From Eledone cirrhosa (lineage: Eukaryota): a stretch of DNA of 64,000 nucleotides. The stretch spans positions 258,292,001 through 258,356,000 of the forward strand of contig OZ024742.1 of the NCBI GenBank assembly GCA_964016885.1. The letters run 5' to 3'. This document shows positions 27,574 through 41,359 of the stretch, one piece after another (position 1 is the stretch's first letter; every line of letters starts with the position of its first letter). A program made the translations under genes and the position numbers. The notes beneath the pieces were generated by a model. It saw only the letters and a list, made by a program, of their open reading frames with translations, was not told the origin of the DNA and made no database searches.

Positions 27574-29460
27574 ATACTTTGGGAGGGTCATGTTGCAAAT
27601 AAGAAACACACGCACCAGTTGTTTCACTTCAATTTATTATATATTTATAAATTTATAAATTTACAAATTTACAAATTTACAAACTTATAAATTTCTGGTT
27701 GGTTGGTTGGTTCCACAACCAGATAGTTGTTTATATATATAGTCAAAGTCCTTTTGTCACACACTATGTGACCTCTTCAGTGACTGGGGATTCCTTTCTT
27801 CGTTTCTGTGCCTTTCCTTTCTTCTATCCTACGCCATTTTGTTTCTGTGTGTGTGTTGTGTGCTCAGTTTGCGCATGCGCCACATCCGGGTGTCTGTGTG
27901 TGTTTGTGTTCATTTTTCTATTTTTCTATTTATATTTTTCTATTTGTTTATTTATTTATTTATTTATTGTTGGTTGGTTGTTTGTTCTATGTGTGTGTGT
28001 GTTTTCATTTTGTCCTATATGTGTTTTCAATTGTAAGTTGTTTGTTCTATGTGTGTGTGTGTTTTCATTTTGTCCTTAATTGTAAGTTGTGATGTTGCTG
28101 TTCCACTCATATTTTCTATTTAATTTTGGTTGTAATTCTTTTATGCTTACTGCCTCTGTAATTTGCCTACACATTGCGTCTTTTCTTATGTGTGTGGATT
28201 CTATTTTTATTTCTATGCTCTCTAATCTACCCCTGTGTTCTATCTTAGCATGTTGGTAGAGCACAGATGATTCTTATATTATCTTGGAGGTCTCGCCAGT
28301 GTTCATTTACTCGTTCCCCTATACTACGAGCTGTCTCACCTATGTACACTATATTTTTATTTCTACATTGTCCTTCAGTACATCTTATGCTATACACTAT
28401 ATTTCTAGTTTTACAGTTAATATGGGGGCTTATTTTACAGGTTATACATTTCTTATCTATACATGAGGGTCTTTGGAACGGGTATGTATTGCTAATAAGT
28501 GTTTTTACGGAGGTACCAGGTCTTTCTACTATCTTAATATTGAGATTATGTTTATTTAGGGCCCTTCTAAATTTGTAGGCTAGTTCGCCTCTAGGGGTTG
28601 TATTGATGAACATTACACTCTGGTATTTATTGCTATCATACCATGAGTTTATTCTATTGGCCTTGTTCCTAGTTCTTTCTATTCTATTCCAAAATTTGCT
28701 CCTATACAAGGGGCAGGTCCCATTTATGTCATTATTTACCATTTTTTCCCATTTGGTTCTGGCTCCTTTATACACTCTGATTCTATCTCTCTGATTGTAG
28801 CCAGAGAACTGCATACGGTGGATGAAGTGTTGTATGTGTCTTTCTAGTTCTTCGGGGTTGCACATGCGGGACACATTTCTCATCACCCGTACCAAATCCG
28901 CAATCAGTATGTTGATTTTGGTATGGTCCGAAATGGCCGAGTTTCGGTGGATCAGATGTTTGGAAGTCATGGGTTTGGCATAATGGGAATGGAGGATTTG
29001 TTTTTGGTTGTTAATGGTATCTAACCAGAGCTCTGTGTCTAGTACAGGTAATCGATGGTTGGGGTGTCTACTTGGGGAGTCTATAGTAACTCTAATGCTC
29101 TGGTGGATGGAGTTTGCTATTTGCTGGATGCTTTCCATTGTGTTTTTCTCTAGTTCCTGACTGTTCTTTAGTGGGGGTGTCTTAACTACGATGTTTATAT
29201 CATCTACGTAGCGGGAGTACATTATCAGGATTAAGCTGTCTTCTAATTGTTCATTAAGTTTTTGTTTAAGTCTACTGTCCCACCATACCATGAATAAGTT
29301 AGCTATGTCGCCTGCAATGCTAACACCAATGGCTGCTCCTTCCTCTTGGGCATATGTTTTACCATTAAATTTGAACATATGTTCCTTAAGGGTTAATTTT
29401 ATGCTGGCCCCTACCGCATGTGCAATCATTTTCTTCAGTTCATCGTGGTTTTCGGGTGTC
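27569..29460 (-). mobile_element. 5'-truncated Penelope-like element, family K (second PLE lineage)
   Basis: RT-GIY-YIG ORF, 3' UTR, HHR at ~27741-27786, terminus TTGTTATACTTTGGGAGGGTCATG next to (TA)n. Confidence 0.9.
28076..29429 (-). pseudogene. PLE RT C-terminal half + Cys-rich linker + GIY-YIG (5'-truncated, frameshift near 28280)
   Basis: QEEGAAIG, RYVDD, LPVLD, HYAKPM, C..C..C..C linker, NIVY..YIGET.RS..ER..EH, RQITEAV.I...P.LN. Confidence 0.9.
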
Positions 29461-29712
29461 CGTATGGATCTGGTTCACCCGATACATGCGGACACACACA
29501 TATACATGAATGCATCCACACCCAGCCGTGAGTTAATAGTGCCAACCTCACCGATGTTGCTCAATGAATGACTGGGACAGACCAATCCGGTTGAATTAGA
29601 CTGAACCAGTATCAGAGTTAAAAATACATTATGAAGAGAGAAGAAACATTTAGATATAATTAGTAATAAAATGTATCATACCTAAACTGCTCCTAGATTC
29701 CTCGACTACGGT

Positions 29713-29754
<42 letters not shown>

Positions 29755-29872
29755 ATCAGAGGTATATGATATTTAAAGCGACGAAATACCAATGAAGGTT
29801 GGAAAATCACTGACGAAGGACTATGTTTATCACATGTAACCCATGTGCAACCACGCAGTATTCTTTGTTCTC

Positions 29873-29910
<38 letters not shown>

Positions 29911-29915
<5 letters not shown>

Positions 29916-30627
29916 AATGGCGTGCTACGTTGTTGCAAATGGGATACATATGAATAAATTTAGAGCAAGAAGACAGGACTGTCCGTCATCAGTGATCTTC
30001 CAGCCATCATCGGTATTTCTTCGCATTAAAGACCATATACCTGAGGCTGGTGCGAGCAATAACTAAAAAAAGCTATTGGTACAGATAGAATTGGGTGTAT
30101 AAAGCGAGACATGTAAACAAACGGAGATGGTAATAGCAACGGAAAGAGAGGAAGATGAGAAGCAGCTTCGTGATATCTGTGAACTTAATTTCGATCAAAT
30201 CGTGGACGATAAGAGAAGACACATATACACCTTGTGAAATTTGAGCGAGAAAGGATTTGACAGAGGCCAGACGGGAGGAAGTGAGAGAGGCGGAGTAGCA
30301 GAGAGTGAGTGAGTGAAAGTGTGTGGAAGAGGCCCGGCGGGGAGGGTGACTGGCAGAGGGGGTGAATGAAGGTAATAGATACAAGGAGAGAGAAAGATGA
30401 TAGCAGTAAGAAAGGAACAAATAGAATAAACGAGAACACATATAGAGAACACAATAATAACGTAAGGGACAAAATACATAAAAAAACAGCAGTAGGTATA
30501 TAAACAGAAGAGTAGGGAACAAAGGACAAGAAAGAAGTACACATAGCGACTCCAGGTGTGCAAACAAGATAACCAATCTTCACCCACACGCATTGCACGA
30601 TTGCAGTAATTGATAATTATTAATAAT
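29911..30627 (+). repeat. Unclassified interspersed repeat (also 29752-29878 inverted, 34243-34490 inverted, 63521-64000)
   Basis: Shared blocks CATCAGTGATCTTCCAGCCATCATCGGTATTTC and CACACGCATTGCACGATTGC..ATAATTATTAATAAT. Confidence 0.6.
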
Positions 30628-30636
30628 ATTATATAT

Positions 30637-30762
<126 letters not shown>

Positions 30763-30975
30763 ATATTTGGGGAGGGTCATATTTTCGTAATATTGCCAGA
30801 ATTAATAACAGAACACACTCACTGTTTGGTTGGTTTTCGCTTCTCGCTGTCTTTTATATATATATATCTGCGATCTAACTTACTCGGTCCTCAATGTTGC
30901 CATTGACTGACCGGCGGTCAAAAATAATACAGATACAATATAGACACAAACACATATATATAGTTTACATAATTT

Positions 30976-31016
30976 ACATAAATCTTTCGTTGCACATCTG
31001 CAACATCGTCAGTGGT
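30976..31016 (-). ncRNA. Hammerhead ribozyme in a family K-related end (terminus at ~30758)
   Basis: Minus strand: acca-CTGACGA-t-gttgca gatg tgcaac-GAAA-gatt-TA-tgt. Confidence 0.65.
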
Positions 31017-31975
31017 GTTATATTCATTGTTCCTCCTGTTGTGTTGTATGTCTACGCCATTTTTTTAGTTCAGTCTGTCTATATATTTATTTATTTATTT
31101 GCTTGTTTGTTTATCTTATTTTATTTTGTCTTCTTTGCGCATGCGTTTGCGTGTGTGTATAGTGTTATGTGTGGTGTGTGACTAGTGTGTATAGTGTTGT
31201 GTCTGCTGGGTGACTAGTGTGTGTTTATGTGCTTGTGTATGTATTTATTTATCTTATTTTATTTTATTTTATTTACTTATTTATACTTCTCTTAGGTCAG
31301 TGTTGTTTGTTTGGGTGTTGTTGTTGTTCCACTCATTCTTTCTGTTTAGCTTTGGTCTTCTAATTTCTATTTCACTGGCCTCTCTGATTTGCCTATCTGC
31401 TGGGTGATTCCTATGTTTAGATATTATTCTAATTTCTATATAAAACTATAAGCTTTCAGCATAAAGATCGAACAAGGAATATCACGTTATCAACAGGTAA
31501 TTTTGCTCTGTAACCAACTTTGCGAGTGACGCACAGCTAAGTAAACGCACATGCGTAAGTCACAGGGGGAAATTCCCCATATTTTGGCAAATGAATTCAG
31601 TATGTGTATATCATACAAAAAATTGCATACATAGCACAAATCGAATAAGCACTCAACCAGGTAGTTTTAAAAATAAACTTATGCAATTAATCTGTCAATA
31701 GAATTATTAACAGGTTAATCGTAAGACTCGGGAGATTAATACAAATATAATTCAGCGAGAATCGTATTTCGGCTGGTAGAAAAAGCGAAACGAAACGCAA
31801 CTCGTAAAAATGCTGGCAAGCGCTCAATAGTTAAAACACTAGAGCTAAACAATATGTTAATACGCCATACAAACTAAAAAAAGTGCTTAAGAAGGCATTA
31901 ACCACCTAAGCCCCAAAACAAATCAAGCTAAACAGGTCAAACAAAATAAATGATAAAAACCTTGTCCCAAATGGA

Positions 31976-32016
<41 letters not shown>

Positions 32017-32628
32017 AGTATATGTTGGTTGTATTCATTTACCAACTGTGTTCCTCCTACCAATCTATCCAACATATTTCTGACCTTGAGATTGGTTATA
32101 GCACACATACATGTTATCTTATTTTATTTGAATCTTCATTTTATTTTTCACTTTTCATTTTCATTTTTCATTTTCCATATTCATTTTTCATTACTTTTTT
32201 ATTACCTTTTCATTAATTTTTCATTTATTCTCTATTTATTATTTATTTTCTGTTTACTTCATTTTATTGCCTTCTATATCTTCATATACATGGCATTACC
32301 ACTTTATCATTTTGTTTAGCTGACTCCAACAATAACACCACTACCAACACAAGAATAGAGGTCAGATGTACCTAACAATAACAAGAACAACAACTACATA
32401 TTGGCTTGCCTCAGAACGAATTTCTATAGATTTTGACGGAGAAATGTTCTAACGACTGACCAATGAGAGGAGAAGAGGCCCTTTGACGCTGAAATTCGTT
32501 TGTTTGAATTCATATGATTCCAGTTACTCAGTGAAATAACAACCCAACCAGGAACTGGGCATATCAGAGTATTGACAAAGTTATACACCTCAACAACATG
32601 TGTACTCCTCTCTACCACACTAATTCGG

Positions 32629-32683
32629 ACTGCCTGAAGAGGTCACAGCCAAAGATGGCTGTCACCGAAATATATATAGCAGT
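32629..32683 (+). ncRNA. Type I hammerhead ribozyme at the end of a deleted PLE remnant
   Basis: actgc-CTGAAGA-ggtcacagcc aaagat ggctgtcacc-GAAA-tatata-TA-gcagt; possible upstream GIY-YIG remnant IGL.QNEF at ~32400. Confidence 0.85.
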
Positions 32684-32923
32684 AATAAACGAAGCCAAAT
32701 TTTATACATTTGACTTATTTATTTAATTTAATATTATATATATATATATATATGAGAGATATATTTGATATATCTCATATGAAATAATATACCCAATTTT
32801 CCACACAATACAACTAGTTAGCACCCCGAACGTTTAATTAGGAATATACTTATTTCCTAATGTTTGTTGATTGAGTTGTGATTTGGCCGGATTATCTCTA
32901 TTAGCTTTCTCCGATAATATATT

Positions 32924-32982
<59 letters not shown>

Positions 32983-33093
32983 AAATGTAAATCCGAAGGC
33001 AAGGTAAAATTCCAATCATTTAATCACGACACATGTTTCAATAAGAGATAGATCGATTGTGAAGCCATGATCGATTATCACTGATCTCATTAT

Positions 33094-33138
<45 letters not shown>

Positions 33139-33316
33139 TGGATGAATACTTCAACAGCCACCAAGTACTTGTAGAAATATGCAAGGTGTTTATAATATTT
33201 GTGGTTCGATGGTACTAATTTGAGATACCAGAACAATATAAAAAGAGCGGAGCAAGCGGTTATCAAACAATTTTCTAAATAAATTAAAAACGATTTAAAT
33301 AATCACCTGTTCTATT

Positions 33317-33396
33317 GCTGTTACCGACGGTTTCACCATTCCAAAAATTGGAAATCCAGAGAATTTCCAATGGAAAGAAATGGATCTTCAGACAGC
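33317..33396 (-). ncRNA. Type I hammerhead ribozyme with long stem II
   Basis: Minus: gctgt-CTGAAGA-tccatt..ttggaaat..atttccaa..aatggt-GAAA-ccgtcgg-TA-acagc. Confidence 0.85.
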
Positions 33397-33783
33397 TTAT
33401 TTCCATACTATAAGGTTGCCAGCCTTACAGAAAGTAAATATTTCGCTTCCTGCCCAACGCATGCGGTCAAGCCGTTAAAATGACACACACGCAAAATCAG
33501 GTCGCAGATAATAGCTGTTTATTATAAACGTGTTGATACAGCCACTAAAACTAGTAGCATTATTCAACGTTTTGTTCTCTACATAAGGAGTAAAATTATA
33601 AAAGTGGATGAATAGTTCAACAGGCACTAAGTACTTGTAGAAATATGCAAAGTGTTTATAAATTTTGTGGTTCGATGGTACTAATCTGATATACCAGAAC
33701 AATATAAAAAGAGCGGAGCAAGCGGTTATCAAACAATTTTCTAAATAAATTAAAAAACGATTTAAATAATCACCTGTTCTATT

Positions 33784-33863
33784 GCTGTTACCGACGGTTT
33801 CACCATTCCCAAATTTGGAAATCCAGAGAATTTCCAATGGAAAGAAATGGATCTTCAGACAGC
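33784..33863 (-). ncRNA. Type I hammerhead ribozyme, second copy
   Basis: Same motif 467 nt from the first. Confidence 0.85.
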
Positions 33864-34036
33864 TTATTTCCATACTATAAGGTTACCAGCCTTACAGAAA
33901 GTAAATATTTCGCTTCCTGCCCAACGCATGCGGTCAAGCCGTTAAAATGACACACACGCAAAATCAGGTCGCAGATAATAGCAGTTTATTATAAACGTGT
34001 TGATACTGCCACTAAAACTAGTAGCATTATTCAACG

Positions 34037-34223
34037 AACCAAATGGACCATAACGCACCAGAGTACTCAATACTTATGGTAGTAGAGTGGGAAATAGGAA
34101 AAAGTATGACAACGACTGCAGAATTCAAACCGTATCGACGGCTATTTCTGGACTAAAACTTTTAGTCCAGAAATAGCCGTCGAAACGGCTTGAGCTCTGC
34201 CGTCGGGGTCATACTTTTTCCTA
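34037..34223 (-). mobile_element. Mini fold-back, family A (~62-bp arms, tail on left)
   Basis: Reverse-complement tail 34037-34094; arms 34095-34157 / 34160-34223. Confidence 0.88.
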
Positions 34224-35593
34224 TATATAATTCTATATATATATGATGGCTGCCCCCTCTTTATAACATTATTAATAATTATCAATTAATGCTATCGTGC
34301 AATGCGTGTGGGTGAAGATTGGATATATTGTTTGCACACCTGGAGTCTCTATGTGTACTTGTTTCTTGTCCTTCGTTCCTTATTCCTCTGGGTTTTTTTT
34401 ATGTATTTTGTCCCGTTCCTTTATTATTCTGTTCTCTATATGAGTTCTCTTTTCTTCTATTTGTTCCTGTTCCTACTTTCGCTTCCCGTAACTCTCTTCC
34501 ATGGCCTAACAGCCCTTTTGATAGTATTGTTGCCACTGTGGTTGGGACTGAATGCTATGATCATTGCTGCCCTTGTGCCTTCCAATGATAGAGGAGGATT
34601 GTATTAACTGGGAATGTTTTTATATATATAAATACCCATCTATGTTTTCTAACACATTTTCACCTCTTTGTTTCAACGGACTACTATTGTGGATAGTTTA
34701 ATTTTCATGGAAGCGTGGCTTTTATCCAGTTGCCGCCATCGGCGTGCTGGGGGTCATCGCTGGTCTTTTTGTTGTTGTTGGTGTTACCAATGGCTTGATA
34801 CTGACATAGTTAATAGCACCACTACTGCGACGAACGGGATGGGTAGTGGGCGGTGTTGGTGTTTGTTGTCGTTGTCATTGTTGTTGTTACTGTTTATGGA
34901 CATGGTGATTGATACCACCTACCTCTAAACTCCTTTCTATTGCTTTGTCGTTATCGCTGTTTAAGTCAACAGGGTAGTACCGTCACTGCGACGACTGCGA
35001 CCTGTATACACGACGCTGCTCTGTGTTTTTGCTGTTGGTGTCGTTTGTTCTGTTGTTGTCGTTTGTTGCTGTTGTCGTTGTGAGTGTTTTTACTGTAGCT
35101 GTTGTTTTAGTTGTTGTAAATAGGGTTGGTATCATCACGACTATTGCGAACAGTGTGGATAACTTTGGTCGGCGGTTTGATGTTATCGTCATTGTTGTTG
35201 TTGTAGTTGTCGTTGTCGTTGTTGTTGTTGTCTATAGGTGGTGGTCAACTAAATGTATACCCCAGCCCCCTCAGAGCTCCTTGTGTTCCTTCAACTGTCT
35301 TCTAGGTTTTGGTTGCACACGGTTCTTCATTCTTTTCGTCTTTTTTCGTTGATAGCTTTTTCTAACAAACGCGACGGCTGGCAAACCCTTCAAGGAACTC
35401 ACCTGTTTGCTGGGCGCACATGCATTAGGATGTGTGTTTTACTGCCAGCGGCATATCAAATATATCGATCTTCAACTGAAGAAACCGTTCTCATAATCAA
35501 CAGCAAATGCATGAGGACATATCAATTGCATGGAGAACCGTAGAAATCATTATTATGATTAAACGATATATGTAACCTCAGCATCTTATTTTA

Positions 35594-35643
<50 letters not shown>

Positions 35644-35645
35644 AT

Positions 35646-35917
<272 letters not shown>

Positions 35918-35934
35918 TATAAATATGTATGTAT

Positions 35935-36532
35935 GTTGGTGCTACTGGTAACATGTATCCCAGTACAACCTGACTCATGGTCGGGTCGTTGGCGACTAAA
36001 CTGGCAACCCAACCAAGGTTTCTTGGTGAGGAGGGTGACTTTGGACATCCTGCAGGACTAAAAACAAAACCTGTCAAAGGGCAAATGAGCTCTTAAGAGT
36101 CAATGGCCATCCAAAATCAACGGGAGAGATGACCCCTTAGCCTTTGTCGAGGCAGAATTCTAGGAGAAGGAAAACTCTGATATAACACCTGCAACTCTGA
36201 TGGTATCCAATGATGTTGACTTGTTCTTCTTTTTGGTAAATATCATCTTGGTTAAGAGAGTGGGACTGGCTTTGTGCAGTGCTTTTGCTCACTATAAAAG
36301 CTTCACGGTACAGGCATTGCTTTATATCTGGAGATCTCTCTGCACTTGTCGTCACATGGTACCATGGGCCCAGCACTATGTGTCAATAATTGTCACAAGT
36401 GGATTGTTTGTACCAGAGTTTTCAAGTCGCTGGCTGGACTAAAAAGTCACACTCGTTCAGCCCATCGGTAGGGGTTCTCCTACATGGATATAAAGTAATG
36501 GCCGTACTCGAAAACGAGTTGGCAGCCACCCT

Positions 36533-36535
<3 letters not shown>
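35935..36535 (+). mobile_element. RTE-related non-autonomous element (RTE 5' UTR-like motif, no ORF)
   Basis: TCTAGGAGAAGGAAAACTCTGAT resembles a motif common in RTE 5' regions; homologous to 234-835. Confidence 0.55.
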
Positions 36536-36597
<62 letters not shown>

Positions 36598-36599
<2 letters not shown>

Positions 36600-36788
36600 C
36601 GATGGAAATGTGGTAAGGAACCAGGTGGACCATAACGCACCAAAGTACCCAATACGTAGGGTAGTAGAGTGGGTAATAGGAACGAGTAGGACCCCGACGG
36701 CTGAGCTCAAGACGTTTCGACGGCTAATTCTGGACTAATTAGCCGCCGTCGAAACAGCTTGAACTCAGCCGTCGGGGTCCTACTCGTT

Positions 36789-36792
<4 letters not shown>
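36598..36792 (-). mobile_element. Mini fold-back, family A (tail on left)
   Basis: Tail 36598-36676; arms from 36677 to 36792; (TA)n on both sides. Confidence 0.9.
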
Positions 36793-36835
<43 letters not shown>

Positions 36836-36939
36836 TCACATACACACACAAACAAATCTATTACCAAAAGTAGAAATATGAGATGGAGAAATATGGGAAG
36901 ATAAAAATATCATACCGGAGAGAACAAGAGGTGTGTGTG

Positions 36940-36974
<35 letters not shown>

Positions 36975-37959
36975 ATCAATGAAGATTAATTTTCTTGTCT
37001 AGGTGACAGTCATAATTACGCTATTTTTTGTAATTAGTTATTAATGCCGAAGGGCGAAATTTTACTACTAAAATTTGTATTTATTGCAAACTTAATCATC
37101 TATAAAGATTATATTTCGTTGAGGCAGTTATGTTTATCTTTTTGAGTCTATATATTTGTTTAATAGTCAGTATCCAAAAAAAAATGTATCGGTAGCATTG
37201 ATGAATTTTCTATTCTACTTTAATGATTTGATTTAAAGGTTTCTCTTTGCTTTCTTGAATATTCTTTTTATATCGTTGGTTAGTTAAGGAGTATGCATAT
37301 GTAATGCCAGAATATTTTATTTCCTGATCTAATGTCGGATTCCAGCTGAACCGAAAAGTCCACCCATAACTTAACTTTTTACTGTCTCTGCTGTGTCGTT
37401 TCGCGCCTGCTTTTGTCGGATGACATCAGTAACCTCTAACAACTGAAGCAGAAAATGCTTGGCTGATCACTCTCCACTTCGTTGCCACATTTTCAATTTA
37501 TTTAGAGTGTTCTCTGAATTTGGATGCAATAGTATCCGCATAACTGATCCTGACCTCCATATCACCCAATATTTCTCACTTTATCCTTTAGGTAATTATG
37601 TTTGTTTTTCAGTTAGTCTGAGATTGCAGATAACTAAATGGTGATCCGCTGACACCTCTTCCTCTCTCTTAACACAACATCCAGCACAGAATCGAAAAGA
37701 TCAAAGACATTATTAAAATAAATTACTGGTCTCTGTCCCTGTTTATTTAGGAATGATTTTGTTTTGTGTGTGTGTGCTGGAAGAAGTTGGTCATAAAAAA
37801 GTGTCCATTACTACATTACTAAAACAGTGAGCGAAGAGTTACATCTCCTGTACATAACCTTCATGAACATTACTGATATGCACAGCCACAATAGAAGTGG
37901 TATCAAGACAGGCGTGCGTACTATCGACCTGGTACTTATTTGTAGACGATATGGTACAC

Positions 37960-38610
37960 CTTAAATCTTCAGAAGGTGATATATACTTGATTGGTTTGAT
38001 GCCGAGAGCAGGGATGAAAATCAGCACTGCAAATTCTGAGACATTCATCCTCTCAAAAAAACCTGTACAATGCACTATTCATGGAAGGGAAATTACACAG
38101 AAGCAAGCAGAGAAGCTCAAGAATTATAGGAGCTGGTGCATTTATGCGCCAACTTCAAAAGTTCATCACAAGAAGAAAGCAGTAGGTGAAAATCTCCACT
38201 TTGGTATTCCCGGTAACCATTCCCTATGAATCGAATGGTAATCATCGAAAGAATACGATCGTGAATACAATTGGATTCTTCCGATTGATATTCGGAGAAA
38301 TATTACTCCATATGGTTTAGTGTTTGGAGATCAGGGTTTCGTTCCATGTAATACCATTACTCCTCCAAATTATGAGATCACAGCTACGATACTACGCACA
38401 TGAGGTCAGAATGTTTAAGGAAGAATCACTGAACAGAGTTTACGGGCAAAACCAATTACATGTGACCCAGGGTAGCACCCGAGCTAGGTGGTTTAATAAA
38501 ACCAATGAGCTTCACTTGGCTCGCTTGGGGCTCAAGTCAAATTAATTAGAAACAGTTGCATTTGACAAGATCTGCTAGAACATGCGCTTGTGGACTTTGC
38601 CCACACGATA
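37960..38610 (+). mobile_element. RTE LINE RT/3' fragment
   Basis: AGMKISTANSE and PLLLQIMRSQLRYYAHEVRM motifs. Confidence 0.7.
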
Positions 38611-40310
38611 CACCAAGGTAGAAGTGGGCGAAGAGGAAAAGGGAAGTAAAGAAGAAAAAAGGAAGAAAAAAGAAGAAAGAAAGAAGAAAAAGCAAGTAAG
38701 AAGAAGAAAGAAAAAGAAAAAAAGAAAGAAAAAGAAAAAGAAAAAATAAGGAATGGAAAATAGTTATTTACACAAAATTGCAGTAGGATACAAGAATATA
38801 ATTGGATTAAAGAATGGCATTTGTACTTCATAGTAGCTTACATTTTTATTAAATTATTTCCTTTTTATACAGGCAAATCCTACTACTTAGGCACAATGTT
38901 TTTGTTTTTTCAGTGGAAATATGTTGACTTTTGACGTATTATCAATGAGAAAGCAAATGGAAATACAGATTTATTAGATCGATCTAATGATTTCCTGCTT
39001 GTTCTTACGTGTGGCATTTAATATTTCTTTCAGCTCAGGCATCAGATTGTCAGACCATTTGATAGAATGCTTTACGGTATTCGTTCCGATTTCAGCATTG
39101 AGTTTTCGAATCCCTCCACCTTCAACTTTGCCTTTCCTCATTTCGTAGTCGCGAATTAAGATTCCTAATGCCTGACCAGTACTAGGGACGGCTTTATTTC
39201 TTTCTCGCTTATTCTCCATCTCTGCAAGAAATCCTCTTTGTTCATTACCAGGAGAGTAATCCCAAGGCACGATTTATTTCACGCATGTGTCCCCACGAAT
39301 ACATCACGATCTACGAGATAATGGATGGTTGAAATTATATTAGCCGTTATATTATTGATGAAGCCATATATATCATCAATTATTTTTACTTACCTTATTG
39401 ATTAGGAAAATATAAAAGACACAGACAGGAGGACTAACATTTGAGAGATGTTATTATGTACTGTAAATTATGTATGCCAACGGCGTATAAATTCTCCAGC
39501 TTGTGGAGGGACGTTGCTCAGATCGCGAAGTCGTAATTTAAATTGTGGCGGTGTGTTGTATGCTTGAGCTATACATTCGATTTCACGCTAGTCAGTCCAC
39601 TTATACCTACCAAGTGAGTTGTATCTATAAGTCTTAACTTTATCACGCCATGCGTCACTCTAAATTTCAACGAGAACTACGTTGTGAGTGTAAGTAATTT
39701 CACATGGAGTCTGATCCATTGATCGAAGAAGTGGAACACTCGGCCTCGCAAACGATGGAGGTCCAACAGCAACAATAGGAATACTTCACCCTCTCCATTT
39801 TCTATCCCTTTGGGCGAGGCAGAATATTTAAATCACATAAAAATATCGATTTAAAGGAATATAATTCCGAGGTCACAATTGACAATCTGTGAAGTGAAAT
39901 GTCAATTTTTAAAGAGATTCTGTGATGATAAATTCTGAAATATGCAAAATTGTATTGATATGTATGGAACAGGAGATTAAGTTATCTAAGAAGCGTGATT
40001 GATTCTTTCCTCTTGTAATGAAACGGAAATATTTTTAGAAAACCATGGACAGATTCTTGGCAAATTGAACTAATATTTAAATTATAAAACCAGCAAATGT
40101 GAATGGGAAAGTTTTGTGTTGAACCTTCAAATATGTGATGCAATTCTATATTAAATAGCTGAAGACAAATATGATGTAGAAATATGATGTTAAATCATTT
40201 CATTTATTTTGTCATAGAATAGGGAGACTTATCGTTCTTAAGTATGAATACACACACACAAACACACTCACAATCACAACACACACACACACACACACGC
40301 ACAGACACAC

Positions 40311-40329
<19 letters not shown>

Positions 40330-40352
<23 letters not shown>

Positions 40353-40926
40353 GTGTATAGTGGTAGCTAAGGTGCTTCCATAGGCAGGATGTCAGAATTA
40401 GCACTCGATATTCATCAGAATAGAGTGTAGATATTATAAAGAAAGCGAAAAATCAGTGATGCATCTGGACTTAATTTATTGCGTGTTACATTTGTTTCTC
40501 CGGCAGGTAGTTCGAGACGTGGTCCTTGTATGGATCCGGCTGATTCTACTTCTGCAGGTTCATTCAGACACGAGTATTTCGTTAGGAGCACATTTTATCA
40601 CTGGGGTGTTATCATCTAAAAACACCCTCAAAAACGCTACTTCCACTCTTGTCATGCCATTGGCTGTTATTCTCGACGTGGAATAAAAACAACCAATGGC
40701 ATGACAAGAGTGGAAGTAGGGTTTTTTTAGGGTGTCTTTTGATGACAACACCCCAGTGATAAAATTTGCTCCTAACGAAATACTCGTGTCTGAATGAACC
40801 TGCAGAAGTAGAATCAGCCGGATCCATACAAGTACCACGTCTCGAGTTACCTGTCGGAGAAACAATTGTAACACGCAATAAATTAAGTCCAGATGCATCA
40901 CTGATTTTTCGATTTCTTTATAATAT
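40330..40926 (-). mobile_element. Fold-back element + tail, family B (~240-bp arms, HHR in each arm)
   Basis: Arms 40431-40670 / 40681-40926; tail 40330-40430; HHR cgtgt-CTGAATGA..GAAA-caattg-TA-acacg at 40785-40875. Confidence 0.88.
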
Positions 40927-41136
40927 ATATATATATATATAATAAAGATAACTGATTAGAGCAAACATCACGGACGCTCTATCTCAAAATTATTTTTGAA
41001 AAGCATTAGAAATGCGCAACCGGTAAAACTTAAAACCAAAACTGAATACTAACCAATACTATTACTTATTTTTACTTATTCCTAATTGAACTATTTTTCA
41101 CTGGGAACAATTTGTCAGCATTTTCTTTTCCGTTTA

Positions 41137-41191
<55 letters not shown>

Positions 41192-41286
41192 ATAATAATA
41201 CCTTCAGAAGAACCTGTTAAGGATGAAAGCAGCGATTCTTTGCTTAAACTTTAATCTGTTATTTTAATAAATAAATATATATATAC

Positions 41287-41359
<73 letters not shown>

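Larger units (their letters stand above)
33131..34036 (-). mobile_element. Tandem dimer of a 467-bp HHR-containing unit (retrozyme-like)
   Basis: 33131-33597 repeats from 33598 to 34036 with few differences. Confidence 0.88.

Noticed and set aside
35470-35560. CTGAAGA...GAAA-tcat..atga-TT as an active hammerhead
   Set aside because: Stem II and III are plausible but stem I does not pair convincingly; at best a decayed remnant.
39495-39550. PACGG..RSRSR as a thrombospondin-repeat exon
   Set aside because: Too short, with nearby stops and no supporting WxxW motif in frame.
40456-40901. Two similar ORFs on opposite strands (MMHLDLIYC...)
   Set aside because: A by-product of the palindrome; they read antisense to the HHR-bearing PLE 3' end.
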